From the human T2T-CHM13v2.0 reference genome, Homo sapiens: a stretch of 64,000 nucleotides of DNA. The stretch's first letter is position 1, and each line of letters begins with the position of its first letter. The stretch is from assembly GCF_009914755.1 (NCBI RefSeq), contig NC_060926.1; one strand, written 5' to 3'. This document shows, one piece after another, positions 24,564 to 38,382 of the stretch. The notes under the pieces are model-generated. The model had not been told where the DNA came from, made no database searches, and worked only from the letters and a program-made list of their open reading frames with translations. The translations under genes were made by a program, and so were the position numbers.

Positions 24564-26140
24564 GTAGACAAGCTCTTGTTCAATTTCTAATATATAGAGT
24601 CCAGTAACTTGAGAAGTAGCGAAAGGATTAACCAGACTTGTATATTAATGAATGTGTTTATTTAGGGTGAGCTTAACCAGCTATGGTGTGTCCATTTTGT
24701 TTCACTTCTGGTTGCACGGTGTTGAAAGACTTGCCTGACTTTGGAATTTACTTATTAAAATGCACATAAAAGCTAGGTAATTTATAATGAGAGAGCCTGA
24801 CTGTGAGCTGGGGCTGAGCGGTGCTCTGTCTTCTGTTCCTTCCTGCATAATTTTTATTAAACATTTAGGCCATAGTAATCATCCTGCTGATATTGCAAGT
24901 TTGTTGCTAGAATGAGGTTATATAATATATACAAAAACATTTTTTCAACTGTAAAGTGCCTTAGTAATATAGGGTAATACCAGCAACATTATGGATATAT
25001 AATTATAGTCTATTGGGCCACACTTAAGTTTGGAGTCTAATAAAGTCACAATCAAATTCTGCAATTTCAATTGAAGATAACCTTGTCTTTATATTATGAA
25101 TTAGAAGCTAAAGTTGATTTTTCTAAGAGTTCTTTATTTAAATGAAGTACTCTGGGACTGACCTTTTCGGAAATGGAATCTTCATTGGTCAGGTGATTCA
25201 ACATTTTTATACAATTTATCCATCCTCATCTCTTCAGGATTTGCATACCTTGCCAGTTTCTACTGGCCATTGTTGAAAATACATTTATTTGGAGAAGTCC
25301 AAAGCCAAGGGGCTCATGGGGCTGTGAGGTCCTTCTTGCTGCATCGTCCTGTGGTAGAAGGTGGAGGAGTCAAGAGAGTGCCCCAGAGTGAGTGAGAGCG
25401 AGAACTAGAAAAACGGGAAGAGGGAAACAGAGGAGAGAGAGAGAGAGGACCCATCAGTGTCAGGAGCCCACTCCCAAGATAGTGGCATTAATAAAGATCC
25501 TGCGTCTCACTATTGTTGCATTGGGGATGAAGTTTCCAACAAAGGAACTTTGGGGGACACATCCAAACCATAACATAGGATTTAAATAATTTTACAGAGT
25601 TCAAGAGTTCTGCTACTGAACCGTTTGAGATCCCTGTTCTGAGGTCTCATCACTTTCCAGTTTTAGCAGGAAGAGAAGTGGCAAGTGGCAGGAGTCTGCA
25701 GATTGGGGCCTGCACCTTTTTTTGAGGCACCTTTTTTATGAACAGTGTTTGTTGGAACACAGCCAGACTCACTCATTCACCTGTAGTTCGCGGCTGCTTT
25801 TGTGCTAGAGCAGCACAGCCAGAGCGGCCTGGTGGCCACAAAGCCCGACTGTCTCTGCAGCACTGGTTTTTTATATGGCGTTTCTAGTTGTTTTTAGTAG
25901 TAGGGGTGATTTGCCACAAGCTGTTTCATTTATAGCTGCAAGTGGAAATCCTTTATTGTGCATTTGTTACATAAGTTATAGCTGTTTCTTTCTCAATTAT
26001 TGTAACATCTAAAAATTATGTAACAGTTACTAAGTCTTTTTTTATGAAAAATTTACAATTAGTCCAGAATTTAAAACAAGTTTAGTATTAAATCCTAGGG
26101 AATTTCTCACATAACTAATTTGGAGAAATAATATAATACT

Positions 26141-26474
<334 letters not shown>

Positions 26475-27398
26475 TCAATGTCATGGGAGTGTTGACGAAA
26501 TACAGTCTTTTCTAGCTACTGGAAGTGCATACTAAAAGCCAAAGTTTCTCATTTTTTAGAAGAACAGGTATACACTTTCCACCTTTGTTCCGCAGTACGT
26601 ATGTTTATGTTTCTTATTCTGCCATTATTTATAGTAGTCGAAATTCACAAAATAATCTTTTCATTTGTATTTTAAGTAGGTGTGTTTATAGATTATATCA
26701 GAAAACAATCATAAGCTTTCAGGTTACAATCAGTAGAAATACTGAGTGGCATTCTCTTCTGTGTGAGGTTTAAATTATGGATAGTCAATCAAAATAAAGG
26801 AGGACTGTCAGTTATCACTCCTGTGTTTCTTTCTTAGTGACCACCTCTGACCACCCAACTTAATACTTTTACTCCTCCCTGCCCCAAAGCTGTATGTATC
26901 TCCTCTCTGCTTTATTTCCTCCAGGGCATCTGTGCCTCCTGTGTGTTGCCTGCCCCCATGTGGAAGGGCAGCTCCATGGGACGCGGCTCTGTCCACTTAG
27001 CTTGGTGTTTGTTACTGGGGCCCAGGATGTTCAGTGCTTGTGGAATGAAAAATAGAGTAGAATAATGAAGGGGATTAAATATGTGACATTTTAGTATGTT
27101 GACTGTATTATACACTGCTACTAAGGAATTGAAGCCGATGTATAAACATTGTGTCTACACATTATACTATTTTATGATTATTGTATGGAACTTTATAATA
27201 CAAAATTTCTTTGCAGTACAATTTTGAGAAATAGGTTAACTCTATTTTAACTTAAAAGTACCCTAAAAATTATTTAATTGTTTATTAGTGAGTAACAGGC
27301 TCAAATACAGCAGTTTTTTTTTTTCTTTTAGTATTGCTTTGCATCCTCTAGGCTTGAATGGTATAAACACTGTGTTTTGACTTCTTATTCAATTTTAG

Positions 27399-27460
27399 AT
27401 TACCAAAGAAGATTTTGCCACATTTGATTATATACTATGTATGGATGAAAGCAATCTGAG
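27399..27460 (+). CDS. ACP1: ACP1 common exon (ITKEDFATFDYILCMDESNLR)
   Basis: 62 nt, with ttttAG acceptor and AG|GTAATC donor. Contains the LMW-PTP FDYILCMD motif. Confidence 0.98.
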
Positions 27461-29238
27461 GTAATCCTGTTTTTGAAGAATATTTCTGTTCAACTCTCAG
27501 TTCAGCAGTGGGCCAAGTAATTTGTTGTCCAGATTTACTTTTTCTATTTTAAAGGTTTTAATAGTCAGTGATGGTCACCATATGTAGAATTATTTTATTT
27601 AGAACAGCAAAAAACTTAGTAATCTAGAATTGTCTCTTAGGTATTTACAAGGAAATACACCTTAGAAAAGGGAAAGTCTAGTTGTTAATAGCATGATTTA
27701 ATTGGAAAACTAGCTTGGCTGTTATAGTTTTGTATCAAGCATATTGTTCTGCATGAGAACGATTTTGATATTTTTGCTGTAATGATTCCTGGGCAGGGCA
27801 GTGTTTTATTGATTCTCAGGTCAAAGCTCTGCAACCATAGGTTCCTATTATTATCCCATCTTGTAAAAGAAGGAAGTGAGAAACGGTAATGTTAGGTTAT
27901 GTCCCCGAGTTCACACAGCTAGCATGTGGTGGATGTCATGGGATTTAAGCCTAGGCTCAGTGAGGAAGGGCCCTGCTGTATGCACCCCTGCCTCAGTCAC
28001 CACCCTCCTGACCTGCCCCAGTCCCATGTTCAAGGCGTCATCGGGAACGGATCATAATTTAATGTCACTCCAGGATTCTGACTTGCATCACTACTTATTC
28101 ATAAATATCTCATGTTTTTGATGAAGATAAACTATTTGTGCTTTTAATTACTTTTGTACAAATGAACAGATAGGGATGCACCAGTTTCAATTATTTTTTA
28201 TTAATTAGGACCTTCATTAAAATGCATGTATTTTTTAATTTTTATTTTTCAGTCCTTATTCTGTTCTCATTGTTTTTGCTGACACCATAGCCCATAGGCA
28301 TCGTAAAAACACCTTTTTAGGAGACCCCATTTGCTTTGACTGGCACTGAGCACCGTGTTTCTTTGCGTGTGGGGCAAGTGGAGTTCCTGCAGCCTCACAT
28401 TTGCACGTGCTGTTCCTCTGCCTGGAAGCTCCTCCTTGCTTCTTGGGTCATTCGGCTCCTATTTGCCCCTCGTGGGTCAGCTTAAATTCATTTCTTGATA
28501 GAGGTATTCTGCTGCCCTGTCATTAGGCCAGATTGTGCATTAGACTTAGGCCTGCCTGCAGTTCTCATTCCTGCACCTAATCCTGAGCTGTAAAACTTCG
28601 TGCATGGGAGCTCTTGGCTGTTCCGTTCCCACATAAAGCACGTACCTGACTCATCAACTCATCTGTCGCAGGTGCTCAGTCGAAATTTGTTAAATAAATG
28701 GAGGCGCTTAGTTAAGTTTGCCTTTTTCTTTTGTAGCAATGTGAAAGCTAAGGGTGGAAGTCTAGAGTGAAGCTGAGTTTTCAGCTTGGGCAGAGGCTTA
28801 AGGAATAAAAGATGGAAGAGTAATTAAGGAGTGGGTCGTGCTGTGGGAAGTGCTGTGTCAAGACACCTGAGGATGGAATTGGTAGCCCTCTGTTTTGGGA
28901 CTGGTTCAGATGGTGTTTTGGGTTCCTTTCTATGACCTTTATCTCTGAAACTTGATTGTCTTAAAATGTATTTTGTGGGAGAAAATATAATTATTGTATA
29001 TTTTGTGTAACAGAATCAGTGAGAATAAGCTGCTGTCGCAAACTGTCTTGCCTAGAGAGAGGGCAGTGGCATACAGCTGCAGAAGGGGCCACACGGGCCT
29101 GCTGAGTGTTCCGTTTCATTTCAAATTAGGTCATTCTGTCTTGATTTTGATATGGATGTTTCAGAAGACCCTAGCAGATGTCCCTGTTTAACTTGAAACC
29201 ATAGATCAGAAAACTAAGTTCATATTTCAATTTTACAG

Positions 29239-29344
29239 AGATTTGAATAGAAAAAGTAATCAAGTTAAAACCTGCAAAGCTAAAATTGAACTACTTGGGA
29301 GCTATGATCCACAAAAACAACTTATTATTGAAGATCCCTATTAT
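29239..29344 (+). CDS. ACP1: ACP1 common exon ([35 protein letters not shown])
   Basis: 106 nt, with ttacAG acceptor and GTAAGT donor. Contains the general-acid DPYY loop. Confidence 0.98.
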
Positions 29345-29485
29345 GTAAGTACAGTTCACGTTTTAGGGCTAATATGAAGACCCAACACATTTGTATCCTG
29401 CCATATTAAATAACAGATGAGATTGTGTTAAGGATGTTTTTGTTATGCAGGTTTTGCCATTTTCTTCTTTTTCCTGTCCATTTAG

Positions 29486-29563
29486 GGGAATGACTCTGAC
29501 TTTGAGACGGTGTACCAGCAGTGTGTCAGGTGCTGCAGAGCGTTCTTGGAGAAGGCCCACTGA
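29486..29563 (+). CDS. ACP1: ACP1 last coding exon (GNDSDFETVYQQCVRCCRAFLEKAH*)
   Basis: tttAG acceptor; TGA at 29561-29563. Total CDS is 43+74+114+62+106+78 = 477 nt = 158 aa plus stop. Confidence 0.98.
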   Translation, partial: GNDSDFETVYQQCVRCCRAFLEKAH

Positions 29564-30530
29564 GGCAGGTTCGTGCCCTGCTGCGGCCAGCCTGACTAGA
29601 CCCCACCCTGAGGTCCTGCATTTCTCAGTCGGTGTGTAATCACGTTCCAGGGCCCAAAGCCCAGCTCTTTGTTCAGTTGACTTACTGTTTCTTACCTTAA
29701 AAAGTAATTGTAGATGGAAATCAGTTGTGTTTGGCAGGAGAATCAATAAAAATCTTTGATTCAGACAGCTTATGGGGTATTTTAAGCATTCTTAGACTAG
29801 TTGAACATCTCACTTTGCCCCAGTTACAAAAATAGTAGAACAAGCAACATAAAACAATGAAGGAAAACCTCACTTGAAGGCCCAGGTCAACATCTAAGCC
29901 TGTTGAGACTTAGATAATCGAGTCTACCTCTTCAGTAGGTTTGTGTGGATGGCCTGGAGGGCAGGTGCCCTCTGCTCCCCAGTGCTACCTCTCTCTTCCC
30001 TAGGGCCTTTTGTGGATTGACAGTAGTCCCCTCCGTAGGAGCTCACAGTCTAGATTAGAAGTGTTTTAATTTCTACACACCCATAGTGCACACTTGTATA
30101 TTGAAAAGATAGGGAAGAGAGAAACATTTATGGAATCAGTCGTTGGCACCTTCAATACTTCATGATTTTTGTCGAGTTTACTTCATGAGGAGGTCAGCCC
30201 ATTGGCTCCCATCTGAACCACTTTGCCTCTGAAACTTAATTACATCCAGAAAGAAGGACACTTGTATGCTAGTCTATGGTCAGTTGAGGAATATGACTGT
30301 TTTTATATGCACATGTAACCCAAATGTCCAATATAAATTGGCTTATTTTTTAAAATAATTTTAAAAGTTGGGAAAAGTGTTATTATTTGGCATGCTTAAA
30401 TATTGAATAAGTATTCTTCATCAGCATTTAATAAATGTATAGGCAGATGTAAGGTAATTTCTGTGTATTTTGAGATAATGTCAAAATCATGAATATTTCA
30501 AAATAAACTGGGGAGTTATAAAAATACAAC
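29564..30530 (+). other. ACP1: ACP1 3'UTR with alternative poly(A) signals
   Basis: AATAAA at 29745-29750, 30430-30435 and 30502-30507. The exact cleavage sites cannot be determined from sequence alone. Confidence 0.75.
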
Positions 30531-31814
30531 TAGAGATATAAATCTGGTGTCTGCCTGTTTTTTTATTGACAGGTAAGGAAGCATTTGAAAACATTGTATT
30601 GTCCTTTTTACATGATCTGTGATGTTAGGTGTGCATATTTTATCTTCAGGATAAGGAAGTAAAATGATGAAAATAAGCACATTGCTGCCCCATGTCATCA
30701 TGTCTAGTTTCTGAAGGAAGTTTGAGGTTCTACAGCTGGAACTGTCCTTGCCCAGTACCATCCTCTGGACATGTTGCCTCTACGCTGTGCCCTCCTGTGC
30801 AGTGATGCACAGCTGCCTGGCCAGGACATCTGCACTCCTGACCTCAGTATCATGAGGGTCCCAGGCAGTGCCATGGGGAGGAGACACGTTTGATCCTTGA
30901 CTCCCTAGTATCTGGAGGATAAGCTGTTGCCAGATGAAAGTGAGTAGTTTCCCCACTGTACCATGTGGAAGTGCCAGGCTGTCTTCATAGGAAGAAAGTT
31001 TGCAAACCCAGTGAGTCTTGCTCTTGTTGGAATTACTCAGACATACAGAAAACTGAGGGGATTAAATATTAATAGATTGGATATTTGAACATGAAATCCT
31101 TAAAACATAAAAAATGGGGAAGGAAAGGTCAAGTAATGAGCTGTAATTAGAAAACAGGATTAAATAAGAGCACTTCAAAAGTTACACCCTGTTCTCTTCA
31201 TTCAGTAATTGCTTTTAATCTCAAAGTCAAAATTTCTTACTCTTCTATTCCTTTATGTTTGGAAATAAAATCCTATAGTTTTTCTTTAATGTTTATCTCT
31301 ATAAATACAGATCCTCAAACAAATCCTAGGACTCTTGACTATTCTGTCCTTATGGCTACACCCAGACGATACCATCTGCCGACAAGGGCTCATATGAATG
31401 GAGAAACTCATTGCTTTGCCGAATTCAGCTTTTTAAATTGGATCCAATTAGATTTGTTTAAAATACATCTACATCTAAAATTCTGAGACTGCTTAGAAGT
31501 CTTAAGGTTTCTCCTAGTTAAGCATTTTCATGATTACAAAATCGCTTGGGAAATAATGGATACAACCTTATTTGGAATATTTCCCAGCAAATCAGGGACT
31601 ATCTTAGGAAATTATGTCACCAATATATAGTAGCCTTTACTTTAAAAAAAATGCTAATTATCCCTTAGAGAAATTCTTAGGCTTCAAGTTTTCATTTGTT
31701 TATGGCTTTCATATTCTATGACCTTTTGCCAGTGTCATGATCTCTCAGTAAATCAGAAGTCACGAATTCCCAACAGTGAACCTGTTAAAGAGGTAGAGAG
31801 TCACTTTGAAGACT

Positions 31815-32405
31815 AGTCATTATAACAAACACTTCATTTATTACTTGTGTTTATTTACACTATTTACATATTGCACAATAGCTGGAATACTATTTTACAT
31901 TTATAATACAAACGACCAACAGAATTAGCCACAGATTTACACTCCACTGTCTCTAAAACATGACCGAAATTTTAATTTTTCATGCCGTTCCAAATAATAC
32001 TCTGAGAATTTAACAGTGAAAGTAATACAGAATATCAAATTATGTTATATGAAAATATACTTTAAGATTCTGCTTATGTTTCTAAAGAAATATTTTTTGC
32101 GATTTCACCTAATGAAGACAATGAAATATTCTGTGTTTTATAGCACTACACGTCAAATGTGGAGCATTCCTTTTGTGTTTTTTTTTTAAATAAGTGACAG
32201 ATAACACTGTCAAGTACACTGATTTATCGAATATATATCTGCAAACTGTCAACAACATACAAAACTCAAAGGACTTATGGAAGAGTCTGTCTGCAAAAAT
32301 AAATCTCTTGTCCATGAGGGGATGTGTATAAAGATAGTTCTGTTTCCCTGTTGGTTTCCAAGGCACTTCTCATGGCTCCTGGTGTGCTGCTCCTGTACGG
32401 TCTGC
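31815..32405 (-). other. ALKAL2: ALKAL2 3'UTR with poly(A) signals (3' end approximate)
   Basis: AT-rich. AATAAA on the - strand at 31855-31850 and 31842-31837. Confidence 0.75.
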
Positions 32406-32411
32406 TCACTG
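32406..32411 (-). CDS. ALKAL2: ALKAL2 terminal coding bases (CAG TGA = Gln152, stop) at the start of the last exon
   Basis: The - strand reads tgttttCAG|CAG TGA. This completes a CDS of 253+54+81+65+6 = 459 nt = 152 aa plus stop. Confidence 0.85.
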   Translation of the reverse strand, partial: Q

Positions 32412-35369
32412 CTGAAAACAAATACATTGCGTGTGATATGACTATCCACACTTCTTAATGTCAATTCCAGAAGACCTGTCACTTCAGTTAGGGGACACAA
32501 CATGTTTATAAACATAGGCAGTCTCAGAGTGCATCTGTATTTCTCTGTGATCCAAAAAGTGTAGTCTATTGTATTTTTAAAAATACCTTCTTTCTGCAGT
32601 TGTTACATGGCTGCAATGCTAAAGCAATGAAAATCATCACAGATACATGTGGATGCTTTATTACAGCTTGAAGAGTGCTTAGTCTTACATGTGCTATCAG
32701 AATCCTCAGTAGTCTAGGCCACAGGGATTAACCTGGCAGTTCTGCAACCTCAGTGTTCACAGGGTTGGTAAAGCTAATAATCGAGATTAGACATTTGTTT
32801 CTAGCATTCTTTGTTGGAATATCTAAACCATTGGTATTCTATTTATTTTTAAAGAATGATAAACTTCAAGGTTACTAAGATTAGGCTGCATTTGGGAGAG
32901 TACACCATGTACTCACTACTCAAAACTCCATTTCTTTGACAATATTCCAGAGCTCAGGCTTCTGATTAACTGACCTGTAAGTCCGGACAATGAAGTGTAT
33001 CTGTGACTGTTAGGGAGGGTTGGTGGGGACATTGTTCTCTTTGGCCTGAGGAGGTCTATTAATGAGCTTCAGAACGCGGCAAATGGATTTGCTCTGAGGT
33101 GAGGAGGGCAGAGCCCTTCCTGCTAAAGGCCTGCTTTTCTCAGGCTCTGGGCCTTTCTTTACAAAGACAAGGTCATGGTTTACGGTCTTGCCCTGCCGTC
33201 CTTGTGTGTCAGGACAGAAGTGCATGTGGCAGGTTAACCAGCAGAACTGGGACTGCAGGGCCTGCCTGATGCCACACCGTCACACGAGTGTGGGCACCCT
33301 GGGACACCTGCCCTGCCCTCTGGTGTCTCACTGAGGTCTGCAAAGCACAGAGAAAGCCCGGACTGTATCTACACTGTGGTGACCAGCCACAGTAAGAGTT
33401 TGCTGTTGCTGTTTAACAATTTGTTAACACCAGTAACAATTTGCTGTTGCTGTTTAAAACTTTTGGAATTTGAAGAAATTATCTTTAAAAAATAGGAGTT
33501 ATGAAATTATAGTTAACAGGGTATCAATATTTTAAACTTTACCTATCTCTTGGCCAAAATGAACCCAGTTACAGCTGTGACACCTGTGGCTGTCAAGCAG
33601 GTGGCCTTTTGGGGACAGAAGCTTGCGAGCCTGGGCCTTGTCTTGTTACCTTTACCTGCATCTCATCGTCAGTCAGGCTCTGATGTGGTTGTCTGGTGAT
33701 GGGGAGAGTGATGTGAAGAGTGCTGGGGACTATCAAGGGGATTCTGCCACAGCTTTTCTGCAGGGCATCACTGTGGCGTTTGCAAAGCAGGACGTGCGCA
33801 CGCAGAGACCCATACAGGAGCCTGAGTCCCACTGACATGACCACGTCCTTCAGTGTAACTGCACCTGCCTCCAGCAGCAGCCAGCGGAGGGGAGGCAGGG
33901 GTCGGCTAATGGGCATGTGGACGGAGTAGCTCTTCCAGTGGCTGAGACAGTGGGGAATTTGCTCTCCTCACTTGTAAGTAAGTGGAAAATTTCCAAGGAC
34001 GTCCCTGGCCCATCTCTGGGAACACTGTGTTTAATTATAAAGAAATACCTAAAAAAAAAAAAAAATTCTCATCTCCCCTGGCATATCACCTTGGGTGACA
34101 GGAATGTACATCTGTTCACTGATTTAAACAGAAGAAAGTCTGTGTGACACATAGGCAGTGGATGAGCTGCTCGAGAGAATTGGAAAGAGCAGGGATGTGG
34201 GGAGACATTACTACACAGCACTTCCCAGCTTTGACTGACATTGACACCTTCACTATCTCCAAAGAAAAAGTGCAGTGAAACTGTGCAAAATGCAGTCTCA
34301 ACCCGCCATTACCCACTGGCCTCCCTCCCCCAGTGCCATTCCTCTCATTAGCAGCAGTTTCTTCTACTGGGAAAGATGGAGTGGGGGATGCATGGGCAGG
34401 ACCCGCCATGCCTCCTGCCGGTGTTGGGGTCATGCACACAACCCTTCTGCTGCTACCTAAATATTCATAAGCACTGCCTCTGCATAGAGAGCACATCTAT
34501 ATAGGAAAGAGCACTACCCTACCCTCATCCATTTTACATGAGAGAAACTAGAGTAACCACTATAAAAATACTCCCTTTTCATGAATGTGCTCCGGACAGC
34601 TATCAATGGACAGGAAGCCTGTCTTTCTTGTGCTGGTGTAGCCAGCATCTGGCAGTGCCCACATATACAAGACACATAGTAAGTATAAAATTGGTGAAAT
34701 TACAGTTGCATCCTGCTGTCTAAAGTGACTGGATTCTGTGGCATTTGTGTCAGGAAAATAAAACCTTACCCTTCAAAACATCCGCTGATGGTTGGTGTTA
34801 AATGTTGCATATCAGCCCTCAAGGGGCCAAGGTGCAAAGTTTAGTTCATAAACGTGGTATGCATTTACATTTTTACTATTAGAGGCTGTGAAAAAAAAAA
34901 ACCATTGATAGAAACATTTAAAGAGGATAGCTGTTCTTTATGAGCTTATGACTACAACTCAAACATGTACCAGATGTGATAATCTGAATTTGCAGGGACA
35001 ATGTTGGTCATCTACTCACTTGTGTTAGTGAATGAATGAATGCCTCGAAGTAAACGGACAATTTTAGTCTGTTCCTGACTTACGCACTCAGTCACATGCT
35101 GACACTGGCTGACTTGCTGTGTTTCAGAGCAGGACCCACTTAGTGCCCGTGTGCCATGCAGTGAGCAGTTAACAACAGCTGCCGGGGCCCTGTAGACAAG
35201 CCAGTAGGGTGGCTTTCAGCACTGTGAGATGAGTGTTGTGCCATCTCTACTTAGAATATGGCTACTTCAGCCAAAGAATGAGTGTTCCTAAACTCCCATG
35301 AATTTTTCATGTCCCAAGCGGGATTCCCATCTTTGGTATGTGCTCCAGTGTGTGTCTGTCCAAGCTTAC

Positions 35370-35434
35370 CTTATCCTCCATGCACACTGGACTGACAGCC
35401 AGCCGGGTAAGAAGCCTGGCGCATCTTTTATAGT
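35370..35434 (-). CDS. ALKAL2: ALKAL2 coding exon (YYKRCARLLTRLAVSPVCMEDK)
   Basis: 65 nt, AG at 35436-35435, AAG|GTAAG donor. Contains Cys134 and Cys147 of the augmentor domain. Confidence 0.96.
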
Positions 35435-38382
35435 CTACGGTGAAAATATATCAGACTCTTGTCAGTTACTTAAAAAACAAATAAATCGCATTTTTTTTGC
35501 AAGTATATCAGCTACTAAAGCCATTTATTTCTTCAAATATCTGAATTCCCTGGAAGCAATACGGAGTCTAATCTGCAGGCATGCATTCTAAGTTGTTGAC
35601 TTAATAATTTATGGTGCTTCAAGGGCTTGAGCTTCAATGGCAGAAGTCGGATGATGTAAGTGGGGCAGCGGAGGGAAGAGGGACAGACACGAAGGCTGCA
35701 TGGCTGAGCTGGCTGCCCATTGCTTCTCTCAGAAATAACTTCATTTCGCTTCCTACGTGACAATCCTTCCGTACCCTTGTGCTACTTTCAGGTCATGTGC
35801 AGGCTGAATCCCAACTTGAGTTGACCATGGGACAAAGCCTTCTGCCTGTAAATTCTAAAGAAAGTGGGTCAAAAGTCAGGCAGCAGAGCAGAGGCCTGGA
35901 GTGGATGGCGAGCGGAAGCAATGTGCCCGTTTCTAAGCGCTGGCTGATACTCCTTGGTATCGTACACAGTCTCCCATTCCACTATTCTGACCGTGCTGCC
36001 TATAGAAATTAAGAAGGTGTAATGGGCATGGCCATAAGGGAAAATATGTCCTCTGGGTGAAGATCTATGGAAAGCTGCAATAGTTTGTAAATTATTACAG
36101 TTTATTTCTCAATAACAAAATCCTACTTAAAAGTGGAAGAATTTATACCCAACTGAAAATCTGAATTGAATGGGTAGATTGACAATGACAAATGTGTACG
36201 ATATGTTAGTTAAGGAGCCAGCTCTACTTCCAAAAATACGCCTCCTAAATATGGCATATATTGTTAGGGATTTTTCAAACAGAAAATGTTTTTCAAAGGG
36301 CCAAACAGTGGCACTGGGTCATCTGACCGCCTGGCTTTCTCTTTCATAAGCAGCACCATGCTTTTTAGAATGTAGTTTTCCTAAACAGATTCCACATCAT
36401 GGAGGCAGTGGAATGTGTGATTTCAATGGCTGATCTAATCAATGAAGACTTCCACTTGGGCCATGTCCAGGGTCCCAGCTGACCACATCCTGCTCAACCC
36501 AGGTGTTTTCAGCAATGTCTTGCAAACCTTCATGTGCAGACCAATCATCTGGGGATCTTATTAAAATGCAGATTTTGTTCAACAAGTCTAGATGGGACTT
36601 AGTTCTGCATTCCCAACAAGCTCCCCATGGGACCACACTTTGAGAAGGCACTAAAGTTCCTTCAGGTCTGATATTCCAGGATCCCAAGGATTTTCTTTTA
36701 TACAGCCTGACGCAGTAAAAAAGTGGTCCAACTTCAGCTCTGCAGTTCTTTATGGGCTAAGAAGAGGCAGAAAGCAACAAAGTGGCCACCCATCTCAAGG
36801 CACAGATCTCTCAGCCTTCTCCCTCTCCATGGCCCAGGGTGAGCTGTGATCAGGAGCTTAGTATCACAAAGCCGAGCTGCTGTGAGCAAAAGGAGGTATC
36901 GAATGCAGGCACAGCATGATGCCTTGGAAAAAGGCCTGCAGAGTCAACCATGAGATCTGTGCTTTAGCTTTGCTGATATCTGACAGCACAAAAGCAATTC
37001 CTCATCCATAAATGAAAAGATGAGACTGAATGACTCAGAGGTCACTTCCAAATTTGGAATCTATGATCCTATTACTGTAAGGAAATAGGTAATATAAAAT
37101 ATATGTACATCAAAACAATACAAACGACAAGATTTTCTGGCCCCAAGAGCCACATTAATGATTCCCAAACAGGTGATTACATTCCAAAAGAAGAAAACAG
37201 GAGAGTACTAGTGTGCCAGGTGCACATGGAAGGGTGGGGCCCAGCACCAAGAATATAAAAACTCTTCAGGAAGTGTGTGCTGCTGGCCTTGGCGTGAGGA
37301 TGATGTTGCTAAAGGTATGGTCAGAGGGGCCGAGGCTGCGTTCCATGCATCTTTGTGCGGTGATGTGAATGCTAAAAGTGCATGTGCCTTAGCCTTGTCC
37401 AAAACGCGCTGGTGACGCTACTTCAGTGGGCCAAGGTTCATTGGCATGCACCCGGCACACAGAAGCAGCTCTATAAATGATGGTTATTATTATTTGAAGT
37501 AATTTTGCTGCCTAAACAAAGAAAAGCACTTATACTTCGTGTACATTGGCTTTTCGTTTGTTTGTTTTTGGAGAGGGAAGGCAGGACAGCAAGTCCGGAA
37601 CGCTGCCTGGTCCAGCTGGAGAGCCCTGATGACAGCAGTTAGCAGGATGCCTAGTGTTTCTGCATGACTTTTCTCCTGTGAGCCTTAAATAAAATCAAAG
37701 TTGGAGTCCGAATTAAAAAAAATGGGTTAGGGCCCTATCACTGTAGCTAATAAGGCTTCAGTGAAGAGAACAAGGAGCTACTTTTGGAGAAATAAAATGT
37801 TTTGTTATGAATAAATAGCCAAAAGCAGGTTAGGAAGACTGAAAAGAAACAGGAGAGAAAGCTACTGCTGAGAGCTATGTTGATAAGGGCAGCTCTGCAT
37901 TTCTGAAGGAGTGATGGAGCCAGCCAGAGAAACAGTTTTGAAATCACAATGAAATTCCTGGGTGATGAGGTTATAATTACCAATGGGAAGAAAAAGTCTC
38001 TGGTAAGAGCAGTGGAGATGATCCAGGTCAATCTTATTCTTGGAGTCAGTTTAGCAACTCATTCTTAACATCTGACTGCCATAGTAGAGTACACACAAAC
38101 ATGGGCATTGGAGGAGAATTAACAGGAGGAGAATCGGAGTTCAGCCCATCCCAAGAGCCTATTATTCCAATGACTGTAAATAATTTCCAGTTTGGCGTTA
38201 GCTGATGCAGAAGTTAGTTATCTTCTGCAATGGTCTGGCGATCTTGGCCCCTAACTCCATAGTGAGGAAGGAATAGGCAAATTTGAGCTAAGAAGGCAGG
38301 GGCCTATATGAGGAAATGGAAAGAGGGGAACCGCTGCCTGCACTGCTCTTGCATTTTATAAAAATCCAATGCTGTTACTTAC

